Of a DNA stretch of 61,373 bases, positions 8,911 to 18,773 are shown piece after piece. The notes under the pieces were generated by a model that worked only from the letters and a program-made list of their open reading frames with translations, had not been told where the DNA came from and made no database searches. Source of the stretch: an uncultured virus (IMG/VR IMGVR_UViG_3300009128_001768) (lineage: Duplodnaviria > Heunggongvirae > Uroviricota > Caudoviricetes); the IMG/VR virus record IMGVR_UViG_3300009128_001768, positions 62,001-123,373 of that record, one strand, 5' to 3'. The first letter of the stretch is position 1, and every line of letters starts with the position of its first letter. The translations under genes were made by a program, and so were the position numbers.

Positions 8911-11900
8911 TTATCTAAGCGTCGTTCGAGAAACCATATTACCGATATCGATAGACACGAATGGGTTTGTTGTAGGAGTCCGTTGGGCCTCACCCTCAAA
9001 ATACGGGATGGAAGAAGTCATAAACGTGCTTATGTTCTGGCATGATGTTTTGCTAGCATCATCTATAGGATTACCGTCAGCATCAACAAAAATACAAGAA
9101 ACAGCGGCGTCACCTGTCCCTCGAGGCGTCTCATCGTCTCCTGTGTTGAAGAACTTCGTATAACGTCGTTGCTCTAACATGTCCCTCAGCTGGCCGTATC
9201 TATCCGGTCGAAAAACTGCGTTTGTGTAAGACCAAACATAATTCTTAAGGCCATACTTGACACCTTCTGGATGGTCAAGACGCATGGAGAAGGCCTGCTG
9301 GCTGGAGGGGATGGCGTATGTATTTAAGCTTTTGCGGTTCCAGGTAAATCCATTTGTGGTACCTCCGGTGGAAGAAAGATAGCCCGAGCCATCATAGAAA
9401 TATGCGCCACCAGTTGTTGCGAATCCAAATAGAGCGGCAGCCATTGCCTTGTCTGCTGTGTCTTCTGATTGTCGACACTCCAGAGTCGGGTACGTGAGGA
9501 GCTTCCCCCTCGACGCGTAAGCCGCTCGCACCAGCGGGCTTTGGAGATAAGCAGTAAGACTTCGGGGCGGACCGAGACGTGCCCATCCCCACCTAAAAGG
9601 CCTGGGGATGAGCTGGGCCCAGCCGTAGTTCAGCCCTGGTTGCGGAATGGTGCGGTAGCTCGATTGGTCGGCGGGGTCTTTCAATACTCTATCCACGTCA
9701 TCATATCTACTCTCAAAAGGAAATGCGCCGACCCACCCATTATTTACAGCGGCAAGCCCTTCGCTGCTGCTAGGATCGGAATACCGAGTCGAGGCCTGGA
9801 GTCTATAGAACAGATTCTGACCAGATGTGTCGGGAGTCTTCCCGTCAATTTTCCAGATCTGTGATACAGTGGGCAGAACGGAGTCCCAATACACTTCACT
9901 TTGGTCTGGCAAGACCACAAATCGTTGCAATGACTTGTTAAAAGACAGGTTTCCATCCCAGCCAGTGGCTGCCACCTTCCGGACGTAGATATTACGATCA
10001 CCCGAAAAGGGGTTGTCCTTCTTATCGTCCTGTGGTATGTATCGAGCGCTACCTGTTATATATTGATCCAGGTAAGAACCGCTGTATGCTGTCTTGTCAT
10101 CGACCAAGAACTGGTCCATGACCGGGTTATCGAAGTGAAGGGCCTCGTGTACGGCGTTTGTGACCAGGGGCTGGTTCAACTCCGCGGGATGAGGTTTATT
10201 ATCACGTAACAGAGTACCGTACAAGACAAGTCGCGCTTTACCGGCTTTCAAGACAGTTTGACGGATCTGCTCAGACAGGTTCCTTCGATTGACCCCAGGT
10301 CGGAACTCATTCGGTACATAATTTGGGGTGCTCTGGTCGTTCTTTGCGCTGAAATCGTTGCCCTCGACACCCTGATACCCTTTCTCGTCAGCTCTAGAAA
10401 ATGGCCCAGAAATACTGTTCAACGGCTTAGGAGCACCCTCATTCATTCCACCGATCGCCGGCTGGAAGCCAAGCACCAGTTTATCTCCAGGCTCTAGTAC
10501 ATAAGGAGAATTATACGTATATGTACGAGCTAGGGTACCTGTCGTTTGGGTCATCGCACCGATACAAAACGGCCAGTTCGTTACCGCATTTGCAGCGACG
10601 AAATAACCAGAATTGTTTGTAGAAGCCGACTTCAGTGCTTCGAAAGTGGTCGACCATTCTTCAGAGTCTGCGCCTGGGGCATACGGCAGTGATTGGTTCA
10701 AGTGATACTGTGAAACGGCCACCCAGTCGCTATACGCTTGATTACCCTGCTGGGTTAGTGTAGATCTTAGGTTAGAAAAATCAATCGGTTGAAAGCTGGA
10801 CGTCTGGACAAAATGAGCCGAGCCAATCGGACCGGTCCACCCATAGTCCCCCCAAAAAGATCGCGGATCCCATGACTCGAGAAAGTCGCTATATGCACCC
10901 GTCACTACCCCCTTCACGGAGGGCACATACGATAATTTTTGTGATGTGGGTACATCCCCCGGGACGGACTTGACGATTGATCTTCCAGACGATAGGCCGA
11001 CACTCCTGAACACATGACTTACGCTGGTGAATTCGTCAATTTGATGGACATAACTACTTTCTCTCGGGTAGAAGACGCCTTCTTCGCTATCGTTTATATT
11101 CTGGGGTACGACAGGAGTAACATAAGAACCGACAGTGGTGCCCGGCGTCCAGCGAGCATCATATTGGTAAAAGAGAGTGTTGAAAGTTCCTCCAGCGACG
11201 GCGCCGGCGGCGTTGGAATTCTTGATGTCAGTTAACATCGTAAATGTTCCTGAGCTCAAGATATTCTGGCTAGCAGTATGATAATATTGGACATTGGTTG
11301 GCCACGGCTCCCGACTCGCCGTCGCGACGAGATACGCGGAGGAAGGCTTGAGCTTATACCATGGTGTCGAGACCAGGTCGCCGGTGGCTGGATCCCAAAC
11401 TCCGCGCGGGACACCACCCCGCCACCCTAATACGCCAGGTGTGGGATCAGCAGCCCACAGCTTAACGAATCGCTCACCGTGATCCAATCTGATCGAAGTC
11501 TCACGGCGAAGACCAGCTTCGAGAAGAGTCTGTCCCGTCAAGGATCCAGTAATCCCAAAACCGCCCCACGTAAAAAAATCATTCGCGCCGTGGCCGATGG
11601 TGGCATTCTCTTCATTCAATCCTACTGCCGCTGCTTCAGAAACGAATAACAGCGGATTCGAAACAAAAGAACCACCTCCCGCTTCGTACGATCCAGAGTG
11701 CGGCTGACCTACAAAAATTGTGGGAAGACCTTGGAGGTTAGCAGAAGGCGCGCCCCCCTTGCCCGTGGCGAGATTCGCTGTATCTATACCAAGCGTATTG
11801 TAGCGCGCCTGGAATGGATAATAAGCATTCGAGAAATTGAGACCGACGTACTCCGACTTGATCGCTGGGTTCTGCATGTCTTTTGTGGGATGTCGCGAAC

Positions 11901-14900
11901 CACCGCGGAGGTCGGCGTAAGGGAGACCTGACGAATCTGGGGACCGGTATCCAAGCCCCATCGGATCGAGGTATTGTTGTTTGACCGTCGTGAAGAGTGA
12001 GTGCGGAAACCCCGACCTCGGAGAGGCGCCCACATTATAGAACTTGTTGGTTGACCCAGACATACCGCTGCGCAAGACGTGAGTTTCTTGCCAGGATGAA
12101 CCACTCTTGAATGCCTGACAGTCGGACGTAGAACGAGTGTAGCCGTAATGAGCTATCTGACCGTACGTTATCAATTCTCTAATTTTATCGGTTGAGACGG
12201 AAGTGATTGGAAACTTGTCGGGAACAACAGGATCCCAATCTTTCTTCCGGCCTTCCATTGGCCACTGCCGCGAGCGTTGAGGAGACGCTAATGTCGAGTA
12301 CTGCGCTTTTTGTGGGCTTGAGCGATCGACAGTGCCCTTTGCTTGTCTCATTAGAAAGAACGTATCACATCTCCAGAAAGGTACTCCGCCAGGGGTTTGA
12401 ACAGACATAGTTGGTATCAATTCACGAATAGCTCCGTTGAACGTCGTCTTAGGCGCTTGGGTGGCGGGGGTCCCGCCGGCGAACATTGGATTTTGTACGA
12501 CCTTGTAAAATCCGTCATCCGATGGTAACAACATCCCCTTACCGAGATTGCTGAGGTGACTATTGGCTTGGTCGCCGTGCTGACCACCCATACCACCCAT
12601 AAGCGGAAATCGGCCATACGAGAAAACGTCATGGGAAAGTACTCCCGGCGCCTTCGGACTATATTTTGACGGTGCTTCCATGTACCATTCTGGTAACGTA
12701 GTTCCTAATCTGTTGCGCGCACCGGTGACGCCCAGGTCGTTATTCTGGAAAAAACGTAGAGATCCGGAGAGATTGGTGTCCGTGTCGCCTGTGTGTGGGA
12801 TGCACCCTTCCTCCATCTTCCATACCTGGAAATCGGCAAGTTGGCCATTGAAGCCGCGCGCTCCGTCGTTACGGTTACCTATCACACAGTCATGGTTAGC
12901 GTCCTCGAAACCGGCCCAATATATCGAGCCGTAATCAGACGGATCGATTGTCGCAGTCATCGCCTTGTAAGTGCCCCATTGTGCCGGCACGGTTTCGGCG
13001 TCTTCTCCTTCTATGGTGACACCAGGGAGGTCGCTTGTTATCCATGCCTGGCAGGACGCGGGGTTTCCAGTACCGGTGTACTCACCGCGAGAAGCGGACT
13101 GAGCGAACTCCCCAGGGTGGAACCTAAGCACAAGATGGTACCATGCCCCATTGCTTGGATCGATCACCACATCATTTGTGCCCCACTGGGCTTCATGCAT
13201 GCTGCCTGCGGAAGACGTCAGCGCTGGCTGGTAATAATTGGCATTAAAATAAAGTTTTGGGCCCGGCCCGGCGTCATAGAAGAAAGCAGCCATATTACCG
13301 AGACCTGTGTTGCTATCGTCGCCAAAGTGGAATAGCCGACCGTAGCTGCCGCCGCCGGCGCCGAGGTACCTGAACCACATCGAAAACCATATATCGCCGT
13401 AAGCGAGAGCTTGACCATTATTACCGCGATATGGATTATGGGGACCGATATACGAATTCATCTGAGAACCACTTCCGATAACAAACCCATTCGTACCGCC
13501 ATTGAAGGCGTAAGAACAACCCTGTAGTCCTCTACTCGGCGTTTGGTTACGATCGAGAGTCGGCATGGTGAGAGCGGCGCTCGGCGCGACGGCGCGGAGA
13601 AATCCATCCCAAGGCGTTCGACCTAACTGATCGAACGCGAAGAGGGTTTCGCCGAGGCCGATGTCGGCGGAATCACGGCAGCCCTCAGGATGGCTATCGT
13701 ATATTTTGCCGGAAAAGTTAGGATCGTGATCCATTCGGTACCGGAGCCACGGCCCCCGAGGGTTAGTGTACCGTCGCTGGCCACCTTGTGGTCCGGTGAG
13801 ACAAGAGGCAGACTCAGGAGGCACATGGGCGCCCGGGTACTCATTGCCATTCTTGTCTGTCAGGTTCTGAAGGCTTGTGTCACCGCACAGTACTGTTCCT
13901 ATACCTTCACCGCCATGACCTGGGACATGTCCCAGGTCTCCCTGGAGGTCATTAGTTGTTACCAATGTAGTGCCGGCCCCTCTATCGGCACGCGCTCGAC
14001 CGGGGATCGCTTTACTGGAATCCGAAGATGAAACCGCAAGGAGCGTCCCGGGATCGCTACCGTCTCTTACGACGTATCCGAGCCCATCATCACCCGACTC
14101 TATAAATTCCATATCATGGGTGATCTCCATCTTTTCCAACAAAAATGGAGCAGATATATACTTCGACATATCAAGAAGCTGGCTATCGGAAGCATCCCAC
14201 TTTTGATCGAACGGAAATCCGAACCAATCAGTCGGCCGGCCGCGGGCTGCCAGAGGAAGGAGAGGCTCTGCTTCATCAGGAGATATCGCAAAACCTGTCG
14301 TTGCGGCGAAGGCAATCGACGTACTCGCCATCAGGAAAGAACCTGATGCACCAGTGCCTGGGACCTCAACTCCGCCGGAGGGTGCTGAACCTACCTCATC
14401 TAGCGAAACTGTCCCAGTGACATCCCAACCCTTGGTATTGAAATTATAATAGCATATACTATTGATGCTCGCAGGGTCGGGATGGCGGACGGTGTCCTGG
14501 CTAAGAGGATATGGATATGAATCGTACGGGCCCTCGGAATTGGGTGATATCAAAAGCGTTGACCTATGACCCATTGTGGTGTCTGTCTCGCTACTGAGGT
14601 CTATAACGATCGCGATCCTATCTCCCAGTTTTTGATCGAACCCCAGCATCGTTTCTTTGGCAGTCGCTATTGTCGCTGTTGTCAGAGACGTATCGATACG
14701 ACTATCGTCGAATGGCGCCATGGTGCCTTCAACCCCACCGCGCAGCCCAGCGTCAGCAGTGCTACCAGACATGTTCATAATGAAGACTTCTTTATTCATC
14801 AAACCCGGACGAACGCGGTGGGAAAGATCTGCTGACGCAGTTATACGTGTCTCTATACGATGATCATCTCCCGAACGATCGCCGGAGCCCGAATGATAAG

Positions 14901-16107
14901 ATCTAAGGTGGCCTTGACGAGTTGACTCATAAAGATATGTGGGTAGCATATCTGGAAACATAACGGGCGTGTCTGTGGTAAACACAAGCGTGTCTTCATC
15001 ACTAAACGGAGTTACCGGCTCATTTCCAAGCCGTCCCTGATCACCGGTTCTGCTAATCGACGGGTATGTCCGGAGCTCATTATCCATACGCTTAAGAACG
15101 GTGCGCGGACCTCGGTTATCCAGTCCGGATGTATGCCGATTAAATCTAGCAGTGTGTGAAGTTGTGGTACCGGGGGAGCCGTCACTCCAGCCGGAACCTA
15201 TTGCTTGTGACAATTCATCAGATATCCATCCATCGAATATCGCCAATTCACTAATTCTAGAGCATTGCCCCCAATCGTTGCTGTCATTAAAGCTTGAATT
15301 GGGAGATGAATTATAGTCACCGTAACCGACAAATATCTGTGGGTTCGTTAACGTAACAGGAATTCCGCTTATGCTTTGCGCGTTCTTGGGACGTTGCGAG
15401 CCATCAGCTTCCTTCCATGCTTCAAGACTCGTGGAACCATCTTTTACACACCCAACGATCGTGTACCATTCTTGTTGGGTTATACTAACGTTGGCAGCAG
15501 TTTCGGACTGGTTGGTAAAAACTCGTAATTCGATTGTGGGAACCCCAGAAGTGCTAGTAACAGAAAAAGACACTTGTGTGGTGTTCAATTGAGATATAGA
15601 GAAAATCAGCTCGTTAAAGGTACTGGTGGAGGATTTTGCGAATTTAAAACGAAAAACGAATGTACACCCCTTGGTACTTACTGGATCTATACCTTGTAAA
15701 CCTTCCTGAAGAAGAAACCGGCCGCCTCGAGTAGAAAAATCAAACGTGCGTTTCGGATACGGACGGATGGCTCGTCGATCTGTACCGGGAATCAATTCAG
15801 CCGAGTATACGGTAGATGGATCCCCCCTGTTGTCAGTGAACATCTCCCGATCGAGAGAAAGTTCTGGAGGAAGGGCTGGAAGCATACTGCCCAATGTAAT
15901 GCTCCCCGTCACAACATTCATCCCGCCCTGTTTCCCCGACCTGTCGGGAATTATCGCGGCGGAGTCGTCACCGCCATCAACATACTCGTTAAAGCGATAG
16001 TGCGCTAGACAGCTGCTGGACAGATCCCACCTCTTACCGTGTGCACCTTCCGACGAAATAAAACGCGAAAGGTCTGGAATAAACGGTGTTTTCTTCCCTC
16101 TAAACAT
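8911..16107 (-). CDS. Very large virion-associated protein with LamG/concanavalin-like domains
   Basis: 2398 aa. N-terminal HYRFNE...EWYTIVG...ISELAIFD and internal FSMWFR...AWYHLVL...FNGQLADFQVW segments are LamG-like. It lies inside the baseplate/tail module. Confidence 0.65.
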   Translation of the reverse strand: MFRGKKTPFIPDLSRFISSEGAHGKRWDLSSSCLAHYRFNEYVDGGDDSAAIIPDRSGKQGGMNVVTGSITLGSMLPALPPELSLDREMFTDNRGDPSTVYSAELIPGTDRRAIRPYPKRTFDFSTRGGRFLLQEGLQGIDPVSTKGCTFVFRFKFAKSSTSTFNELIFSISQLNTTQVSFSVTSTSGVPTIELRVFTNQSETAANVSITQQEWYTIVGCVKDGSTSLEAWKEADGSQRPKNAQSISGIPVTLTNPQIFVGYGDYNSSPNSSFNDSNDWGQCSRISELAIFDGWISDELSQAIGSGWSDGSPGTTTSHTARFNRHTSGLDNRGPRTVLKRMDNELRTYPSISRTGDQGRLGNEPVTPFSDEDTLVFTTDTPVMFPDMLPTYLYESTRQGHLRSYHSGSGDRSGDDHRIETRITASADLSHRVRPGLMNKEVFIMNMSGSTADAGLRGGVEGTMAPFDDSRIDTSLTTATIATAKETMLGFDQKLGDRIAIVIDLSSETDTTMGHRSTLLISPNSEGPYDSYPYPLSQDTVRHPDPASINSICYYNFNTKGWDVTGTVSLDEVGSAPSGGVEVPGTGASGSFLMASTSIAFAATTGFAISPDEAEPLLPLAARGRPTDWFGFPFDQKWDASDSQLLDMSKYISAPFLLEKMEITHDMEFIESGDDGLGYVVRDGSDPGTLLAVSSSDSSKAIPGRARADRGAGTTLVTTNDLQGDLGHVPGHGGEGIGTVLCGDTSLQNLTDKNGNEYPGAHVPPESASCLTGPQGGQRRYTNPRGPWLRYRMDHDPNFSGKIYDSHPEGCRDSADIGLGETLFAFDQLGRTPWDGFLRAVAPSAALTMPTLDRNQTPSRGLQGCSYAFNGGTNGFVIGSGSQMNSYIGPHNPYRGNNGQALAYGDIWFSMWFRYLGAGGGSYGRLFHFGDDSNTGLGNMAAFFYDAGPGPKLYFNANYYQPALTSSAGSMHEAQWGTNDVVIDPSNGAWYHLVLRFHPGEFAQSASRGEYTGTGNPASCQAWITSDLPGVTIEGEDAETVPAQWGTYKAMTATIDPSDYGSIYWAGFEDANHDCVIGNRNDGARGFNGQLADFQVWKMEEGCIPHTGDTDTNLSGSLRFFQNNDLGVTGARNRLGTTLPEWYMEAPSKYSPKAPGVLSHDVFSYGRFPLMGGMGGQHGDQANSHLSNLGKGMLLPSDDGFYKVVQNPMFAGGTPATQAPKTTFNGAIRELIPTMSVQTPGGVPFWRCDTFFLMRQAKGTVDRSSPQKAQYSTLASPQRSRQWPMEGRKKDWDPVVPDKFPITSVSTDKIRELITYGQIAHYGYTRSTSDCQAFKSGSSWQETHVLRSGMSGSTNKFYNVGASPRSGFPHSLFTTVKQQYLDPMGLGYRSPDSSGLPYADLRGGSRHPTKDMQNPAIKSEYVGLNFSNAYYPFQARYNTLGIDTANLATGKGGAPSANLQGLPTIFVGQPHSGSYEAGGGSFVSNPLLFVSEAAAVGLNEENATIGHGANDFFTWGGFGITGSLTGQTLLEAGLRRETSIRLDHGERFVKLWAADPTPGVLGWRGGVPRGVWDPATGDLVSTPWYKLKPSSAYLVATASREPWPTNVQYYHTASQNILSSGTFTMLTDIKNSNAAGAVAGGTFNTLFYQYDARWTPGTTVGSYVTPVVPQNINDSEEGVFYPRESSYVHQIDEFTSVSHVFRSVGLSSGRSIVKSVPGDVPTSQKLSYVPSVKGVVTGAYSDFLESWDPRSFWGDYGWTGPIGSAHFVQTSSFQPIDFSNLRSTLTQQGNQAYSDWVAVSQYHLNQSLPYAPGADSEEWSTTFEALKSASTNNSGYFVAANAVTNWPFCIGAMTQTTGTLARTYTYNSPYVLEPGDKLVLGFQPAIGGMNEGAPKPLNSISGPFSRADEKGYQGVEGNDFSAKNDQSTPNYVPNEFRPGVNRRNLSEQIRQTVLKAGKARLVLYGTLLRDNKPHPAELNQPLVTNAVHEALHFDNPVMDQFLVDDKTAYSGSYLDQYITGSARYIPQDDKKDNPFSGDRNIYVRKVAATGWDGNLSFNKSLQRFVVLPDQSEVYWDSVLPTVSQIWKIDGKTPDTSGQNLFYRLQASTRYSDPSSSEGLAAVNNGWVGAFPFESRYDDVDRVLKDPADQSSYRTIPQPGLNYGWAQLIPRPFRWGWARLGPPRSLTAYLQSPLVRAAYASRGKLLTYPTLECRQSEDTADKAMAAALFGFATTGGAYFYDGSGYLSSTGGTTNGFTWNRKSLNTYAIPSSQQAFSMRLDHPEGVKYGLKNYVWSYTNAVFRPDRYGQLRDMLEQRRYTKFFNTGDDETPRGTGDAAVSCIFVDADGNPIDDASKTSCQNISTFMTSSIPYFEGEAQRTPTTNPFVSIDIGNMVSRTTLR

Positions 16108-18773
16108 TACAAGTCTCCGTACGTAATTGAACCAGCATTTTTGTCAAAGTAAAATCCATGATTTGCCCGCTCTTCTGTCGGGTCGGCGGTAGCTTGAGAT
16201 CCTGTGTTCATCAAACGCATCGCCGCTATTAAATTATCTTCAGCTAAAGAGTCCTCGTACGTGCCGAAACGTGCGTTGTATATCGCACGTACCTCGCTCG
16301 GCTTTAAGTCATGATGACTCCACACAGCAAGATCCGATATGATACCCGAGAATGTCTTCACACGAGTGCCGGATGTACTCACAATAAGCCCGTAGGAGTT
16401 GATGGCGTCTGGAGTTCCATTGCCGGGCGTGTCTTCTGTAATAGGAACAATTCTACCATTGATATACATCGTCGGGTCAAACAAGAACGGGTAGTCGGAA
16501 GTTAAGTACGTAATCGCGAGGTGGACCCATTCTTTCTCGGGGACTGGATTTCTCGATTCCCACTTACCAACCTGGCTTGTGTAAATTCTCTTAAATGTTA
16601 GATAGCCAGTGGTATCGTCAATATAGAGCCTAACATTACCGTTTCCGATTGTAACAATAGACGACTCTTCGTTCACTCCCGTGTTTATCACTCGTGAGGT
16701 AGGAGCATCCCACCAGACCCAAACCGATATAGAACAATATCCACCGCCACTTCCCCAAGATGTGGCCTCCCAGTCAGCGGCGTTAGAGGAAATTACACGA
16801 CAAGGATCGTCCCCCCCCCACGCAAATCCAGCGCTTCCTGTCTGGATCAATGCTGATGGAGAAGAGGTGGATGACGAAGGACCATCAGGGTCTTGCCACT
16901 CAAAGAAGACCGGGTGGTCATACGAGTTTTGCATGGAACCATCTCTACCATTTCCGCTACTGTCCACCACGTCGCCGGAGGGATCGGTAGCGTATGAGTT
17001 GTCTTCATTGAACCTAAACCAAAGAGCAAGCCTATTGGAAGCCGGAAAACGATATCTCATGGCGTGGAAGTCCGAGTTTGCGAGGTCCATAGAGAATATT
17101 GCATCTGTATCGACAAGATCGTAAGGTGCTGACATCCCACTGCTCATTAATTGATTGTTCAAAAATAATACACCGTTTGTGGCATCAAATGCTGTCGTGT
17201 CAAAAAAAGCAGTGTCAGATTCCTGAGTGATATTTGAGTACGCTCCTACGGGTATCGTCCCCCAATTTAGCGGAGCATCTAAAAAATGGGCAACTTTTGT
17301 ATCTGAGGTCTTCCACGTATCAACGATCTGCTTACTTCCGAAGTATGTCTCAGCAGCGCCCCCCGTCAAGCCACCTCTCACGGCGTGGCCCTCATAACGA
17401 TGGTCGGACATGCCCAGTATTTCTGGTCTAACATCTAGCGGCTCAATGATACCATCAAATTCGTGATCGAGCAATGAACCAAGATTAAAAAGATGCACAG
17501 GCCACATCGTCTCTTCCGATGCTTGCAAATAGGCAACTGGATCGTAGCGTTGCGTCTCGACATAGGGCATGCCCTGCTGGACGGTCGGTGCCTGTCCGAA
17601 ATCTAATTTCTCCATATCAAAATCAATACGTTGATTTATTTTCACATCATTTTCGCCGCGCATATCATTTGGGTCTGGATTCATTTGTAGCGTATCGTCA
17701 AAATACGTGTCAGGGAGCTTGTCTCCATTTCGCCATAACGACATTGGAGCGCCCTGTCTGATCCTTGGAAGGAGGCTTGGGTAGTAGATGCCATCTTTCT
17801 GTGCGTCAAGGCCCTGCAGGGACATCTCGTACTGCGAACCGGTAGGAGATAGCCTTTCGCCATAGCCGATGAGGTCATAATTTCGATACGTATAATAAAA
17901 GGAGCCACCGGTGGCGTTATATAGCGCTGTCACATCAGCTTCAGATAATACAACTCCCCAGATCGCAACATCGGCCATATTTCCGTTGTAATAATTTACA
18001 GTTTGTCTCGCACCCACATAAAGAGACTCGGCGGAATTCTCCATCGCAACATAAGATGAAGCAAGAGTAGAATCATCAGACAGGGATTGCGCGACGCCAT
18101 CAATATAAATTGACATGCAGCCCGTCGCATCGCCGCCTGCAGCGATTGTCTCTGCCCCGGTCCCGTCATATGTCGCGACTATATGGTGCCAGCTACCTCC
18201 TGTTAATGAAGCAGCTGGAGTTTGTGCTAGCAGGTTTGCATTTACGCTATCATCACCAACCTTAAATCGTATTCTAGAATTTCCGTCGCCATTGGCATCA
18301 TACAAGACCAGCTGGTACTCCAAATTAACACCACTCTGCTCACCTTTGTGGATTATAGTGTCATATGTCAGAGATCCGGTTCCAGTACGGTAAACCCAAG
18401 CGCTTACAGAAAATGGTGTGTCGGTAGCGCCGTCACCGAACGAAAGCGCAGTTGCATCAGCGGGTACCGCAACTGTGACGACGTCAGAAGATCCGTCAAA
18501 TAAACATGTCCTCATTTGGATATTCGATGACGGTGTTGATATCGAAAAGCTCGGTCGTTCGGTGAGAGCTGCAAACGAGCCGGGGAGTCCCATTCCGCTT
18601 GCATCAGTAATAGAACCAGCAGCGGAAACGTCTTCATTTAACCGCCACCATCCAGCTAATGAACTATGCGCAGTATATTGTGCAACTGGAGGTGGACCAC
18701 CAACGTACATCGATGCAGTAAGATTATAATATGCAGTATTATTGACTGGCGTCGTTATGACATATTTTGGCAT
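16107..18773 (-). CDS. LamG-domain virion protein (two LamG-like domains)
   Basis: 888 aa with FSVSAWV...WHHIVATYDG...IYIDG...YNGNMADVAIW and ISVWVW...WVHLAITY...MYING...FSGIISDLAVW. Confidence 0.75.
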   Translation of the reverse strand: MPKYVITTPVNNTAYYNLTASMYVGGPPPVAQYTAHSSLAGWWRLNEDVSAAGSITDASGMGLPGSFAALTERPSFSISTPSSNIQMRTCLFDGSSDVVTVAVPADATALSFGDGATDTPFSVSAWVYRTGTGSLTYDTIIHKGEQSGVNLEYQLVLYDANGDGNSRIRFKVGDDSVNANLLAQTPAASLTGGSWHHIVATYDGTGAETIAAGGDATGCMSIYIDGVAQSLSDDSTLASSYVAMENSAESLYVGARQTVNYYNGNMADVAIWGVVLSEADVTALYNATGGSFYYTYRNYDLIGYGERLSPTGSQYEMSLQGLDAQKDGIYYPSLLPRIRQGAPMSLWRNGDKLPDTYFDDTLQMNPDPNDMRGENDVKINQRIDFDMEKLDFGQAPTVQQGMPYVETQRYDPVAYLQASEETMWPVHLFNLGSLLDHEFDGIIEPLDVRPEILGMSDHRYEGHAVRGGLTGGAAETYFGSKQIVDTWKTSDTKVAHFLDAPLNWGTIPVGAYSNITQESDTAFFDTTAFDATNGVLFLNNQLMSSGMSAPYDLVDTDAIFSMDLANSDFHAMRYRFPASNRLALWFRFNEDNSYATDPSGDVVDSSGNGRDGSMQNSYDHPVFFEWQDPDGPSSSTSSPSALIQTGSAGFAWGGDDPCRVISSNAADWEATSWGSGGGYCSISVWVWWDAPTSRVINTGVNEESSIVTIGNGNVRLYIDDTTGYLTFKRIYTSQVGKWESRNPVPEKEWVHLAITYLTSDYPFLFDPTMYINGRIVPITEDTPGNGTPDAINSYGLIVSTSGTRVKTFSGIISDLAVWSHHDLKPSEVRAIYNARFGTYEDSLAEDNLIAAMRLMNTGSQATADPTEERANHGFYFDKNAGSITYGDL

